IMG/VR virus record: IMGVR_UViG_3300010366_000043
Location: 1-30,368 of that record
Length of the DNA stretch: 30,368 bases
Strand: one strand, 5' to 3'
From: a virus
Taxonomy: Duplodnaviria; Caudoviricetes
Below the pieces are notes generated by a model. That model saw only the letters and a list, made by a program, of their open reading frames with translations, did not search any database and had not been told where the DNA came from. This document shows positions 16,457 through 25,820 of the stretch, in pieces. Within the stretch, counting starts at the first letter, position 1. Each line of letters opens with the position of its first letter. The translations under genes and the position numbers were made by a program.

Positions 16457-16485
16457 ATTGTACCACAGGTGCGCTGTAGGGGCAA
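16457..16485 (-). promoter_or_regulatory. Sigma70-like promoter for the replication arm
   Basis: - strand TTGCCC-N17-TACAAT with extended -10 (TGTGG-TACAAT), about 50 nt upstream of the helicase start. Confidence 0.7.
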
Positions 16486-16541
16486 ATTTGCTGTAGGTAT
16501 ATAAAGGTATACCGCCAATACTATATTTTGCGTATTGCCGC

Positions 16542-16570
16542 TTTACAAGCACCATATTTTGTGGTAAGCT
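16542..16570 (+). promoter_or_regulatory. Sigma70-like promoter for the packaging/structural arm
   Basis: TTTACA-N17-TAAGCT with extended -10 (TGTGG-TAAGCT), about 45 nt upstream of terS. Confidence 0.65.
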
Positions 16571-16613
16571 GTACATAAGCAATCTTTTAGAGCTTTAGGA
16601 AGGGACGTAGATT

Positions 16614-17096
16614 GTGGTTCCTCAGTCAGAGTACCTCGAAGAAAATCTTGTGGTTTTAGCTCTTAGAAGTCAGTCTGGTAATGTAGCTCTAGCAGCTATG
16701 GAATTAGGCTTGAGTCGAGGCGAGCTATATACCTACATCATTAATCATCCAGATGTGGCAGAAGCTAAAAGGCAAATCAAAGAATCCGTGAAGGATATGG
16801 CTGAAGATTTGCTTGTATCTGGTATGAAGACAGATAACACTTTGCTGATGTTCTTCCTTAGAACTCAAGCTAAGGATAGAGGATACGGCACAGACAATAG
16901 ATCTACGATTAACAATAAGGTTGAAGTTAATGTAGATGCTCGCTCCTTGATTGCCGCCATGCAAAAAGGAACTAAGCTCATCGATGCCAAAGATGAAAAC
17001 GAAAATGATGAATCTGAGGAAGGCGGAATTTTCCCCATCACAGAATTTTTCGCTGACCGAGATGGAAGCGGAAGAACTGGGGAAGTGCTACCGTAG
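16614..17096 (+). CDS. terS: Terminase small subunit (HTH)
   Basis: GNVALAAMELGLSRGELYTY (HTH) and MFFLRTQAKDRGY; lies immediately upstream of terL. Confidence 0.75.
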   Translation: MVPQSEYLEENLVVLALRSQSGNVALAAMELGLSRGELYTYIINHPDVAEAKRQIKESVKDMAEDLLVSGMKTDNTLLMFFLRTQAKDRGYGTDNRSTINNKVEVNVDARSLIAAMQKGTKLIDAKDENENDESEEGGIFPITEFFADRDGSGRTGEVLP

Positions 17097-18612
17097 TCCG
17101 CAGTATTTCATCCAGAAGTATTGTTACATCTATGATAACACAGAAGGGGGATGGGTTCGGTTTGAACTCTGGCCCGCTCAGTCAACTGCTCTCGATGTAA
17201 TCCATAACAATCAGCTCAGTGTTGTGTTGAAGGCACGACAAATTGGTCTGACCTGGCTAGTCTTAGCGTATGGATTATGGTGTATGATATTTAGACCGAT
17301 TGCATCTATCCTCATCTTTTCTAAGAGAGATATAGATGCAATTTATTTGCTATCTGAAGATCGCCTTCGTGGTATGTATGATAGGTTGCCGGAATGGATG
17401 AAGGCATCTCATACCATCTTCACTGATAATGCCCATGAGTGGAGCATGGAAAATGAGAGTACAGCTCGATCTTTTCCTACGTCTGCTGGTGACAGCTATA
17501 CTGCTACTCTGGCTATTGTGGACGAGGCCGACCTCTCTCCAGATCTCAACTCCCTCCTCAGAGCCGTCAAACCTACCATCTCCAACGGTGGCAAGATGGT
17601 CTTACTGAGCAGAGCTGATAAAGATAAGCCCATTAGCGATTTCAAAAGAATTTATATGGATGCTAAAGCTGGGAAGACACCCTGGGCTTATATCTTCTTG
17701 CCCTGGTATGTGCATCCTCGTAGAACGCAGGAGTGGTATGAAAAAGAGAAAGCAGATATAGAAAGCAGAACTGGAAGCCTTGATGACCTATATGAACAGT
17801 ATCCAGCCACAGATACAGAAGCCCTAAAGCCTAGAAGTATGGATAAGCGCATCCCTTATGAGTGGCTTGAGATGTGCTATGTAGAAGAGGAGGGTGATGA
17901 TGCCGTAGGTCTTACAGGACTAATTGTATTTAGAAAACCAGAAGATAATCATCTGTATGTAATTGGGGCTGATCCGGCTGAGGGCAATCCAAATTCTGAT
18001 GAGAGCTCCGCAACAGTTTTGGATGTTGCTTCGGGGGAGGAAGTGGCCGTCCTCGCTGGACAGCTCCAGCCTAATACATTTGCAGATTATATGGAGAAAC
18101 TCGCAGGATATTATAATAATGCGAGCGTGATGGTAGAACGTAACAATCATGGTCATGCGGTGCTGCTGAAGTTAGCTGAAGATGGCTTTGAAGGTACTAT
18201 GAATGGATTTGACGGCCGTCCTGGTTGGCATACGACGACAAAGGGTAAAGCAATCTTGTATACACATTGTACAAAGGTTATACAAGAAAAGGACGTTATT
18301 ATTCATGACTTTGTAACTAATCAACAGCTTGCTTCTATTGTTGGCAGTACCTTGAAAGCACCAGAGGAAGAGCATGATGATCGGGCTACTAGCTTCGCAT
18401 TAGCTGTGTGTGGCCGGATAATTTTAATGGGTGGTGAAGTAGCTATGGTTTCTGCCGCTGTTGAAGGGCGGAAGCAAGATCCAATGCCTGAGCAAGATTT
18501 ACTTCCTGGCCCAATCACCATTGCAGGTCGTAATCAATCTAAATTTGTTAGAACTGCTAAAGTCGTAAGAACTTCTACAAGGTATGTAAATGAAAACCCC
18601 TCAATTCGTTGA
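16951..18612 (+). CDS. terL: Terminase large subunit
   Basis: LKARQIGLT (Walker A), AIVDEA (Walker B), nuclease IGADPAEG...VERNNHG...HDD. The true start is uncertain (in-frame ATGs at 16984-17062). Confidence 0.92.
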   Translation: MPPCKKELSSSMPKMKTKMMNLRKAEFSPSQNFSLTEMEAEELGKCYRSPQYFIQKYCYIYDNTEGGWVRFELWPAQSTALDVIHNNQLSVVLKARQIGLTWLVLAYGLWCMIFRPIASILIFSKRDIDAIYLLSEDRLRGMYDRLPEWMKASHTIFTDNAHEWSMENESTARSFPTSAGDSYTATLAIVDEADLSPDLNSLLRAVKPTISNGGKMVLLSRADKDKPISDFKRIYMDAKAGKTPWAYIFLPWYVHPRRTQEWYEKEKADIESRTGSLDDLYEQYPATDTEALKPRSMDKRIPYEWLEMCYVEEEGDDAVGLTGLIVFRKPEDNHLYVIGADPAEGNPNSDESSATVLDVASGEEVAVLAGQLQPNTFADYMEKLAGYYNNASVMVERNNHGHAVLLKLAEDGFEGTMNGFDGRPGWHTTTKGKAILYTHCTKVIQEKDVIIHDFVTNQQLASIVGSTLKAPEEEHDDRATSFALAVCGRIILMGGEVAMVSAAVEGRKQDPMPEQDLLPGPITIAGRNQSKFVRTAKVVRTSTRYVNENPSIR

Positions 18613-20149
18613 TAGAATTTTAGAGATATTTTACGATGTCTCTAGAGATCTAGGTAGAAGCCTTTCAGCTATAACACGTAGATCCTCCAGGACTTGGCGT
18701 ACTCCAACTTATAGTTGGGGTAGGTCAGATTATGGTTTTTGGGATCGCGCTTATTGCTGTAAGGTTGTCGGACTTGAGGTATCTGGTCTTTTCATCCGGC
18801 CCATCGTGCATAAGATTCCAGCATGGGTGCTAGGTAGCTTGCCGGAGTTCAAACTCACGGGTAAGAGAGCTCAGAAGCGACTAGATGAATGGTTTGCTTC
18901 CCATCATGAGGACTTACTTCGTGTTTATGAAGGTAGCCTTAAACACGGAGATGCCTTCTTCGTCATCAATAGTGATCTATCTATTACCTTAGTTCCTCCT
19001 GATACGGTAGATCCTATTGTTGACGAGAATGATTACGGCAACAGAATAGGCTGGAGAATAAGACAAGTCTTTACTCACCCAGATGATAGCTCATTGAAGC
19101 AAATTGTTACAGATGAATACTATCCTGATAGACGTGTTCATACTGTAGAAAATTCATCTGGTAAAACTTCCAAAAAAGTTTATCCTAATTTAATTGGAAT
19201 CATACCTGTTGTGCATGTTGCCAATCATCCAGGTGAGGGGGAAGAGTTCGGCCACCCTGAAGCCGAGGCTTTGGTAGATCTTCTGCACCGTTACGGACAG
19301 ATCTTAGAAGCCTCGGTGGAAGGAAATATCTTACAAGGTCGTCCAACACCTGTTATCTCCTTTAACACGGTACAAGATTTGAATGCTTTCTGGCGAAGAT
19401 ACGGCTCGAAGCAAATTACGAACCTGCCAGATGGCACTACTAAAATGACAGAATCCATAACATTGGATATGACGGATGTTCTTACAGTATCCGGCGCAAC
19501 TTTTGATTACAAAAGTCCTGGAAGCTTTTCTGCTGATGCTGTTGCTATTTTGGGATTGCTTTTCTATCTCATTATAGAACATCTTGAAGTCCCTGAGTTT
19601 GTTTTCGGTAATGCAATCGAAGGAAGCAAAGCATCTGCCGAGACCCAGATGCCTGTCTTTGAGGTCTTCATTACCGCGAGGCAAAAGGCTTGCACTCCTT
19701 GGATGGTGCTTACATCTAAGATAGTGCAAGCCTATCAGGGAATTATAAATGTTGCAGATATGAAAGAAGATCCTATGTTGCAATGGAAGAAGATGACGCA
19801 GAACGGCAGACTGGTTTTGGATTCTGTGAATTGGGCTTTCACAGAAAATCTGATAGACGAGAAGACAGCTTTACAACTTCTTCCAGTAGATATTGAAGAT
19901 CCTGAAGGTGTATTGAAGCAAGCTAAGAAGGATGCTGAGAAGAGATCAGCGTTATCTCTTCAAAATGCACAAGCAACTCTGCAAATGCAGAATGAAAATA
20001 TGCCTCCCGTTCCTCCAGGAAATAATAATAATAATAATAACAAGCAAAATCAAACAGCGGGTAATGCGAAGCGTAATGCTTCTACGCAAAATGAAATGGA
20101 TCCCGATTTAGAATCAGCTATTCAAGAAGTTTTAGAAGGAGAATTGTAA
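18590..20149 (+). CDS. Portal protein
   Basis: 519 aa directly after terL; GDAFFVI and IPVVHVAN portal-like segments; low-complexity poly-Asn tail. Confidence 0.8.
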   Translation: MKTPQFVDRILEIFYDVSRDLGRSLSAITRRSSRTWRTPTYSWGRSDYGFWDRAYCCKVVGLEVSGLFIRPIVHKIPAWVLGSLPEFKLTGKRAQKRLDEWFASHHEDLLRVYEGSLKHGDAFFVINSDLSITLVPPDTVDPIVDENDYGNRIGWRIRQVFTHPDDSSLKQIVTDEYYPDRRVHTVENSSGKTSKKVYPNLIGIIPVVHVANHPGEGEEFGHPEAEALVDLLHRYGQILEASVEGNILQGRPTPVISFNTVQDLNAFWRRYGSKQITNLPDGTTKMTESITLDMTDVLTVSGATFDYKSPGSFSADAVAILGLLFYLIIEHLEVPEFVFGNAIEGSKASAETQMPVFEVFITARQKACTPWMVLTSKIVQAYQGIINVADMKEDPMLQWKKMTQNGRLVLDSVNWAFTENLIDEKTALQLLPVDIEDPEGVLKQAKKDAEKRSALSLQNAQATLQMQNENMPPVPPGNNNNNNNKQNQTAGNAKRNASTQNEMDPDLESAIQEVLEGEL

Positions 20150-20580
20150 TGCCTACAATAGAAGAACTTCAAGCTCAGATTGATGATCTCAAGACCAAAC
20201 TTGCTGCTGCTGGAACTCCAGTTCCGCCAGAAGAGCCGGATACAATTGCTTCCACTAGTCCTGCTCCTGTTGTTGCCGCACCTATTTTCGGGTCTACAGG
20301 TGCGCCCATAGAATTTAAGAGGACATCTGAACTTTCAGCAGATGAGAAGAAGCAAATCGATGATCAAGCAAAAGAGCAGAAAATACATGCTCAGGCTCAA
20401 TCGATTTCGCCAGTGGTATCGGCGGTGGAATCATTGCAAGCCCAAAAGGACGCCATCGCCGCAAGTGCAGCGGACGTAGCGGCAACAACACCAGATTCAA
20501 CTACACCTGCTGCAACGACCAGCTCAACTACGACAACAGCTCCAAAGACTACGACCACAACTGCTCCTAAGCCAGCATAG
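20149..20580 (+). CDS. Pro/Thr/Ala-rich low-complexity protein (putative virion-associated)
   Basis: Coupled to the portal stop (TAATG) with a GAAGGAG RBS; N-terminal coiled coil and mucin-like Thr-rich C-terminus. Confidence 0.7.
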   Translation: MPTIEELQAQIDDLKTKLAAAGTPVPPEEPDTIASTSPAPVVAAPIFGSTGAPIEFKRTSELSADEKKQIDDQAKEQKIHAQAQSISPVVSAVESLQAQKDAIAASAADVAATTPDSTTPAATTSSTTTTAPKTTTTTAPKPA

Positions 20581-20588
20581 GAGGTAAC

Positions 20589-21761
20589 ATGGGCGCAGAT
20601 GCACCCGATACCACAACATCTAGCACAATTACCCTGAATAATAATAGTGGAATTGATCTAGAAATCCACGAGACATTGACTGGTCACTTTGAAGATTCCA
20701 TTCTTATTACGGAATTGTCGCAGAAATATCCTGATGTTCCTATCTTCCCTGATGTCAACGTGAGGGAACTGACTGGAGGAGAATCCAATCCAGTTTTCCT
20801 CACGCTGCCGATTGGACAGGCAAATGTAGTATCTGGCAATAAGAGATTCTACGGTGAGGATTTCCTTACTGTTATGGAACAGCAAGTACGAGCTAATAAA
20901 CCTGTTGGTTTGATGGGTCATCTTGCTAAGGAAGATCGTGCAACTGCTTTTCCGTTGGAAGCTGTTCATTGGGTTGGATGTCAACGCTTCGGGGAATTGC
21001 TGCTCGGCAAGGGTTATCTTCCTGAAGGCGAAGCTCGTACTCGTCTTCAGCGTTATAGAGCAACTAACAAGAAGATTGCCACGAGCATTGATGCCACAGG
21101 GGATTTTGTGTGGGATGAGCAGTTAAAGGCCAGCAAACTCATTGCTGAAACTTTTCAGCTTGGGCAGATTGATATTGCACCAGCAGATCGCGCTGGTGTA
21201 AGATCACTTGCTGCCGTCCCCGTTTTAACGCAGGAAATGGCCGATACCAATTTTGGATCTTATGTAGTTAAAGAGGAGAGAGACATGGGAAAAGATGAAG
21301 TGATTCGGGAACTCACCGCAGAAGACGCTAGTGCTTTGCCGCAATCTGTTAAGGATGAGCTTCAAAAGAGGTATCTGGCGGAGATGCGGAAAAGTTTGGG
21401 TCTTGGGGAAAGCGATGATGTGGTTGCTATCGTCAAGACCTTGCAAAGCGGTGCGGCAATCAACGAGCAAACGGCCATCAACAATCGTATTACGGAATTG
21501 GTATCAGACGAGAAGACTGGTATCAAATCTAAGTCTGTGCGAGCGATGGTTACTGAGCTCGTGAAGAAGAGCAATCCGAAGGATATCGCAGAAGCCGAAA
21601 AGATTTATGAAATTACGGTGGAGAGCGATATGGTGAAGGAAGCTCTGCAAGAATTTATGCAAGATACGATGGGGCCGCCTCAACGTACTGCAACACAACC
21701 GAGAACGGAATCAAGTAAGGGCAAGTTCTTTATCATTCCGGAAATTCCAGAGGAGGACTAA
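20589..21761 (+). CDS. Capsid maturation protease/scaffold protein
   Basis: Lies between portal and capsid genes; SGNKRFY...GLMGH...ATSIDA resembles herpes/HK97-type prohead protease motifs; helical C-terminal half. Confidence 0.65.
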   Translation: MGADAPDTTTSSTITLNNNSGIDLEIHETLTGHFEDSILITELSQKYPDVPIFPDVNVRELTGGESNPVFLTLPIGQANVVSGNKRFYGEDFLTVMEQQVRANKPVGLMGHLAKEDRATAFPLEAVHWVGCQRFGELLLGKGYLPEGEARTRLQRYRATNKKIATSIDATGDFVWDEQLKASKLIAETFQLGQIDIAPADRAGVRSLAAVPVLTQEMADTNFGSYVVKEERDMGKDEVIRELTAEDASALPQSVKDELQKRYLAEMRKSLGLGESDDVVAIVKTLQSGAAINEQTAINNRITELVSDEKTGIKSKSVRAMVTELVKKSNPKDIAEAEKIYEITVESDMVKEALQEFMQDTMGPPQRTATQPRTESSKGKFFIIPEIPEED

Positions 21762-22144
21762 TGGCTGCTGGCGATCAGACTTACTTTGAATCAGATGGGA
21801 AAGCTGTAAATGTTACCCTCACAGCAACGGTGAAGGCAAATCAACTCATTGCGGCTGATGGATGGGTTGGTATTGCTGGAAGTGATGGTATCTCCGGTCA
21901 GGTGATTGCCATCACGGTTGACAATCGCGAATATCAGCTCACGGTTCCTGCCGCTCTTTCCGTTGCGAAGGGTGCGATCATTTACATCAATCCGGCCACC
22001 GTTTCAGGACATACCCTTCAGGATGCTGCTTATGCGACCGCACCTGGAGCAGGACTTGTTGCCGCCTTCAAAGCTACGGCAGCGAAAGATGCGAATAATG
22101 TTGTAACGGCATTGATGTTAGCTTCAATTGCACTTGCATCTTAA
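21761..22144 (+). CDS. Head decoration/cement protein (DUF2190-like)
   Basis: 127 aa, Ala/Gly/Val-rich beta-type sequence (SDGKAVNVT...GWVGIA...GAIIY); lies just before the MCP gene. Confidence 0.7.
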   Translation: MAAGDQTYFESDGKAVNVTLTATVKANQLIAADGWVGIAGSDGISGQVIAITVDNREYQLTVPAALSVAKGAIIYINPATVSGHTLQDAAYATAPGAGLVAAFKATAAKDANNVVTALMLASIALAS

Positions 22145-22197
22145 TCTACTAACATCAATTCACTAGAAAAATTCAGGGGGGATGAGGGAGATATCAC

Positions 22198-23208
22198 ATG
22201 ACTATTCCAGTTTATATGCCAGTGGCTCGGAAGAATCCAATTCCGTATGCTAAGATGGCTCCTGGGTTTGATTTGGCTAAGAACGTTCGGGAGGTTCACG
22301 GCAATCCAAATGTCATCTATGAGTTTATTGGTACAGATGAGTTTGGGCCGGAATGGTATGAGCGCATTCGTTTCGAGGTTAATGCAGGTCGCTTGGAAAC
22401 ACCCATCCTCTATACGCCAATCTATGATGAAGTTGTTGATGCCAGCTTGCCGGAAGTTCAAACTATTAAGAACTGGGGATCCAGCGGCGTCATCTTCGAT
22501 GAAGTTTTCGAAGGTGGTGAAGTTAAATTTATCGGGATTACTACGGCGACAGCCAGTGTTTCTCAGCGTCAGTTCGGCGTTGGGCTTGAATATGATAAGA
22601 AGTTAATCATGTTCAATCAGCTTTGGCAGCTCGCTCGTATGGAACGTGAGGTTGGGCGAGCGTATAATGCGCTTCAGAATCATCTGCATCTTTCACCGAT
22701 CTTGACTTATGCTTTCGCTGCTGCCAATCAAACTCCGGCCAACACGACAGGAGCAACGGCAACTGAGAAGCTATTTGCTACCATTGAAGCGGGTATCGTT
22801 CATGCTCAGACAGATACCACTAATCCTCGTATGGGGCCGTATGTTCTTTTGGTGCATCCTTCCAAAGCCTTTGCCGTTCAGCGTGCTTTGACGCGTGTTC
22901 CGCAAGTTACCTTTGCTCAGGATAGCGATATTGGGTCTTATATATCAGCTATTGTGGGCTATGCAGGTTGGTCGGGAACTCGCGGTAAGAAGGCTGTGAC
23001 CTATGCGGGTTGTTCAACAACTAAGGGCTATCTCATCAATACGGTTTATCGCGGTGAGGATTTCCTTAGCTTGGTGAAGCAACCACTGGAATCGGCGCAG
23101 GGTAATGCTGATGTCACACGTTTCATCCAGAATCAAATCGTATGGGATGTGTGGTTAGGTGTCTATGCTAATGTTCTACGCTCGACTGAGGAATTAACCC
23201 TGCCGTAA
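22198..23208 (+). CDS. Major capsid protein (HK97 fold, Mu gpT-like)
   Basis: 336 aa with strong RBS; EVFEGGEVKF...FGVGLEYDKKLIMFNQL E-loop/backbone pattern; LLVHP P-domain motif; synteny. Confidence 0.8.
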   Translation: MTIPVYMPVARKNPIPYAKMAPGFDLAKNVREVHGNPNVIYEFIGTDEFGPEWYERIRFEVNAGRLETPILYTPIYDEVVDASLPEVQTIKNWGSSGVIFDEVFEGGEVKFIGITTATASVSQRQFGVGLEYDKKLIMFNQLWQLARMEREVGRAYNALQNHLHLSPILTYAFAAANQTPANTTGATATEKLFATIEAGIVHAQTDTTNPRMGPYVLLVHPSKAFAVQRALTRVPQVTFAQDSDIGSYISAIVGYAGWSGTRGKKAVTYAGCSTTKGYLINTVYRGEDFLSLVKQPLESAQGNADVTRFIQNQIVWDVWLGVYANVLRSTEELTLP

Positions 23209-23221
23209 GATTGAGGTTGTT

Positions 23222-23632
23222 ATGGCTACCGACTCAGAACGACAACGTTTACGAATGGATCTGGGTTTTGCTCCCACAGATATAGTGTCCTTGCCGGATG
23301 CTGTCATTGATGACATTTTCCTGGAAGCTGGGGAGTATTACTCAGATCCAACCGTTATTGCGGCTACGGCGAGAGTCATATCTCTGCGAAGACTCATCAT
23401 GCAAGCTGCCAACGAAGTAGATTACACAAAGAATAATACTTCTGAGAAGGCTTCGCAAAGATATGACCATCTCACCAAAGAACTGGCAAGATGGGAAGGT
23501 ATTCAGGAAGGCGTACTGGCTCTGACGGGTGAGGGAAGTGGGGCCGTCAGAGGTGGGAATTCAACTACACTTCCTCCTAGAATACAAGAATATCCATACG
23601 GTATTTATAAATCTAATGATACCTTTATCTAA
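23222..23632 (+). CDS. Head-tail connector/adaptor protein
   Basis: Helical 136-aa protein (RLRMDLG...LPDAVIDDIF) right after the MCP gene; synteny. Confidence 0.6.
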   Translation: MATDSERQRLRMDLGFAPTDIVSLPDAVIDDIFLEAGEYYSDPTVIAATARVISLRRLIMQAANEVDYTKNNTSEKASQRYDHLTKELARWEGIQEGVLALTGEGSGAVRGGNSTTLPPRIQEYPYGIYKSNDTFI

Positions 23633-23999
23633 TTGGATTTCTGGTATTATAAAGGGTTCCCAAGACTTGCTAACGAAAGAGCAAGTCTATGCGGCAGAAT
23701 CGTGGCGTAGAATATGCGAACGTCCTACTTCTGTTGTTTTTATTACACCTAACGGCACGAAACTCCCCGCACAGACGGTAAGAATTGAGAGTGATAATAG
23801 ATCTGCAAGTTTTACCAGCGTCCCAGGAACTGCTCCGGCCAGACAGCTTATTATCTATGGAATTATCAATCATCTTTCCCTGCCGGACACGGTTATGAAG
23901 GAAGGATATACCTTCGTTTATAACAAAGATAAATATCTTTGCAAAGATGTTATCGAGACGATGGGTGAAATCCAAGGAATTTGGGAGGCAACAGGTTAA
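23616..23999 (+). CDS. Head closure/stopper-like protein
   Basis: Beta-rich, with an EGYTFVYNKDKYLC pattern. The likely start is ATG 23616 (the track starts at 23529). Call rests on synteny. Confidence 0.55.
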   Translation: MIPLSNWISGIIKGSQDLLTKEQVYAAESWRRICERPTSVVFITPNGTKLPAQTVRIESDNRSASFTSVPGTAPARQLIIYGIINHLSLPDTVMKEGYTFVYNKDKYLCKDVIETMGEIQGIWEATG

Positions 24000-24196
24000 T
24001 GGATAGCAATGCGATGAGTCAGCATAACTCGGCAAGTGAGAGAGCTATCTTTGAAGAAATTCGCATCAATAGAGATATTGATCTCGTAAAGACGCAGATC
24101 AAAGAGAAATATGGCTTTGATGCGCCGGACGCCTATGTCAAAGATCTTATCGCCTTTGTCTTGGCTTTAGTTCCTGGAGATCTGCCTCAACAGTGA
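23999..24196 (+). CDS. Small hypothetical protein
   Basis: The ATG overlaps the upstream TAA and has a GGGAGG RBS; the stop overlaps the next GTG. Confidence 0.55.
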   Translation: MDSNAMSQHNSASERAIFEEIRINRDIDLVKTQIKEKYGFDAPDAYVKDLIAFVLALVPGDLPQQ

Positions 24197-24657
24197 CTCC
24201 AATAGCTCTTGAGAATTTGATTGTTACCTATTTGAAGACAGATACTACCCTCACGGCAGATGCTCCTGGTGGGATCTATTGTTATACAGAGCTTGGACTA
24301 GTGGGCATCACACGTGAAGAAATGCCAGCATGTTTCGATTCTGATGGTCTCGTCCTGCCGTTGGTCGTGGTAAAAGCAAGAGCTCCTACAAATATCAATA
24401 CCATCGCATCCGAGAAAGAGCGCATCACAGGATTCGTACAATTTGTAGAATGTTGGATGTATCAGTACGTTGGATATGATCTTATTGAAATTATTGATAA
24501 TGATCTTCATAGAATTTTACATGAATATAAGTTTGATGGCTATACGGCTATCAAGTGGAACTATTGTACTGGCCCGACTGTAGATAATGGTGCGTTGAAC
24601 GGTGCTTCAGCTTTTATGAGAGATTTTATCATTCGAGGTGTTAAGAAACCTGTATGA
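24193..24657 (+). CDS. Tail terminator/tail completion-like protein
   Basis: LIVTYLKTDTTL...LPLVVV...FVECWMY pattern typical of SPP1 gp17/lambda gpU-like proteins; synteny. Confidence 0.55.
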   Translation: MTPIALENLIVTYLKTDTTLTADAPGGIYCYTELGLVGITREEMPACFDSDGLVLPLVVVKARAPTNINTIASEKERITGFVQFVECWMYQYVGYDLIEIIDNDLHRILHEYKFDGYTAIKWNYCTGPTVDNGALNGASAFMRDFIIRGVKKPV

Positions 24658-25820
24658 TTGATCGTCTTAATTGGATTGGCTACTATGCTGAAAATGGTGG
24701 CTATGGGAAGATGGCTTCCCGCTTTGTCAAAGCCCTCAAGACTTGGGGTATTGATGTAGCTCATATTACGGGCTGCGATCTGGAGAGACCGCAATGGATG
24801 CTTGATGAAATGGGTGTCAGTTGGGATAATCTGACTATCCTTAACAATGAGCCTCGTCGTATAGAGCATACTCCAGGAAGAAGATGGCTCTTCACGATGT
24901 GTGAGGGGGAAGTCTTATCGTCTTATGTGATCAGGAAAATCAATCGAGGAAATATAGATAGGATTGTCGTGCCGTGTCAATTTTGCGTAGATGTATTTCG
25001 CAAGAGCGGAATCAAGCATCCCATGTCTATCGTTTCTCTAGGAACTGATCCGGCAGAACATCTGCCTCGCAATACACCACGACCTGATCGTCCTTACACT
25101 TTCTTAACGATTGCTGATCGAGGAGATCGTAAAGGTTGGACTGAAGCCTTTGATGCTTTCTATAAAGCATTTGGTGGAAAAACGACCGGAGATAGAGATG
25201 TTGCTTTAATTGTAAAATCATTAGGTTTTGGAAATAATCTGGCTAAATTAATCTTAAAGCATAGTGGTGATGATATGGATAAGCGAGTATCTTGGGATAT
25301 TAGCTTCTATCCAAATATGGCTGATCTATATTCTAAAGTAGATTGCGTTGTCTTGCCGAGTCGTTCTGAGGGATGGGGGATGCCTCATCGAGAAGCGGCG
25401 ATGCAAGGTCTTCCAGTTATCTTGCAGAAATATGCTGGATTGGATGATGGGCATACGGGAGAATGGGCTATCTGCGTAGACGGCGGCAGGATGCAGGAAG
25501 TTCCTAAAAAGGGACAGCTCGGAGGCGGTGGAAATTGGCTCGTAGCAGATTCCTATAAAGTTGCAGAAGCTATGCGCTGGTGCTATGAAAATCAGGGAGC
25601 TGCTTCTGCCTTTGGTTATTCTGCTCATCACTGGTTGGCCGCACATCAAACTTGGATGGATGCTGCTGCCGAACTGATTAATTTGATGCACGATGAACTA
25701 GGATGGGAACATGCCTCTAACCTTCAATATACCTCCCATGCGAATGATGGAGTCAGTAGCTCAAGAATTTCTCTATACGACCTTGCAGTCGGGCAAGAAC
25801 GCGGCGCATCAGCAAGCTAG
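24654..25820 (+). CDS. GT-B fold glycosyltransferase (GT4 family)
   Basis: GGYG, RKGW and VLPSRSEGWGMPHREAAMQGLPVI (ExxGxxxxE motif). Confidence 0.9.
   Translation: MIDRLNWIGYYAENGGYGKMASRFVKALKTWGIDVAHITGCDLERPQWMLDEMGVSWDNLTILNNEPRRIEHTPGRRWLFTMCEGEVLSSYVIRKINRGNIDRIVVPCQFCVDVFRKSGIKHPMSIVSLGTDPAEHLPRNTPRPDRPYTFLTIADRGDRKGWTEAFDAFYKAFGGKTTGDRDVALIVKSLGFGNNLAKLILKHSGDDMDKRVSWDISFYPNMADLYSKVDCVVLPSRSEGWGMPHREAAMQGLPVILQKYAGLDDGHTGEWAICVDGGRMQEVPKKGQLGGGGNWLVADSYKVAEAMRWCYENQGAASAFGYSAHHWLAAHQTWMDAAAELINLMHDELGWEHASNLQYTSHANDGVSSSRISLYDLAVGQERGASAS

Noticed and set aside
20021-20041. (AAT)n microsatellite
   Set aside because: It simply encodes a poly-Asn run in the disordered portal tail.
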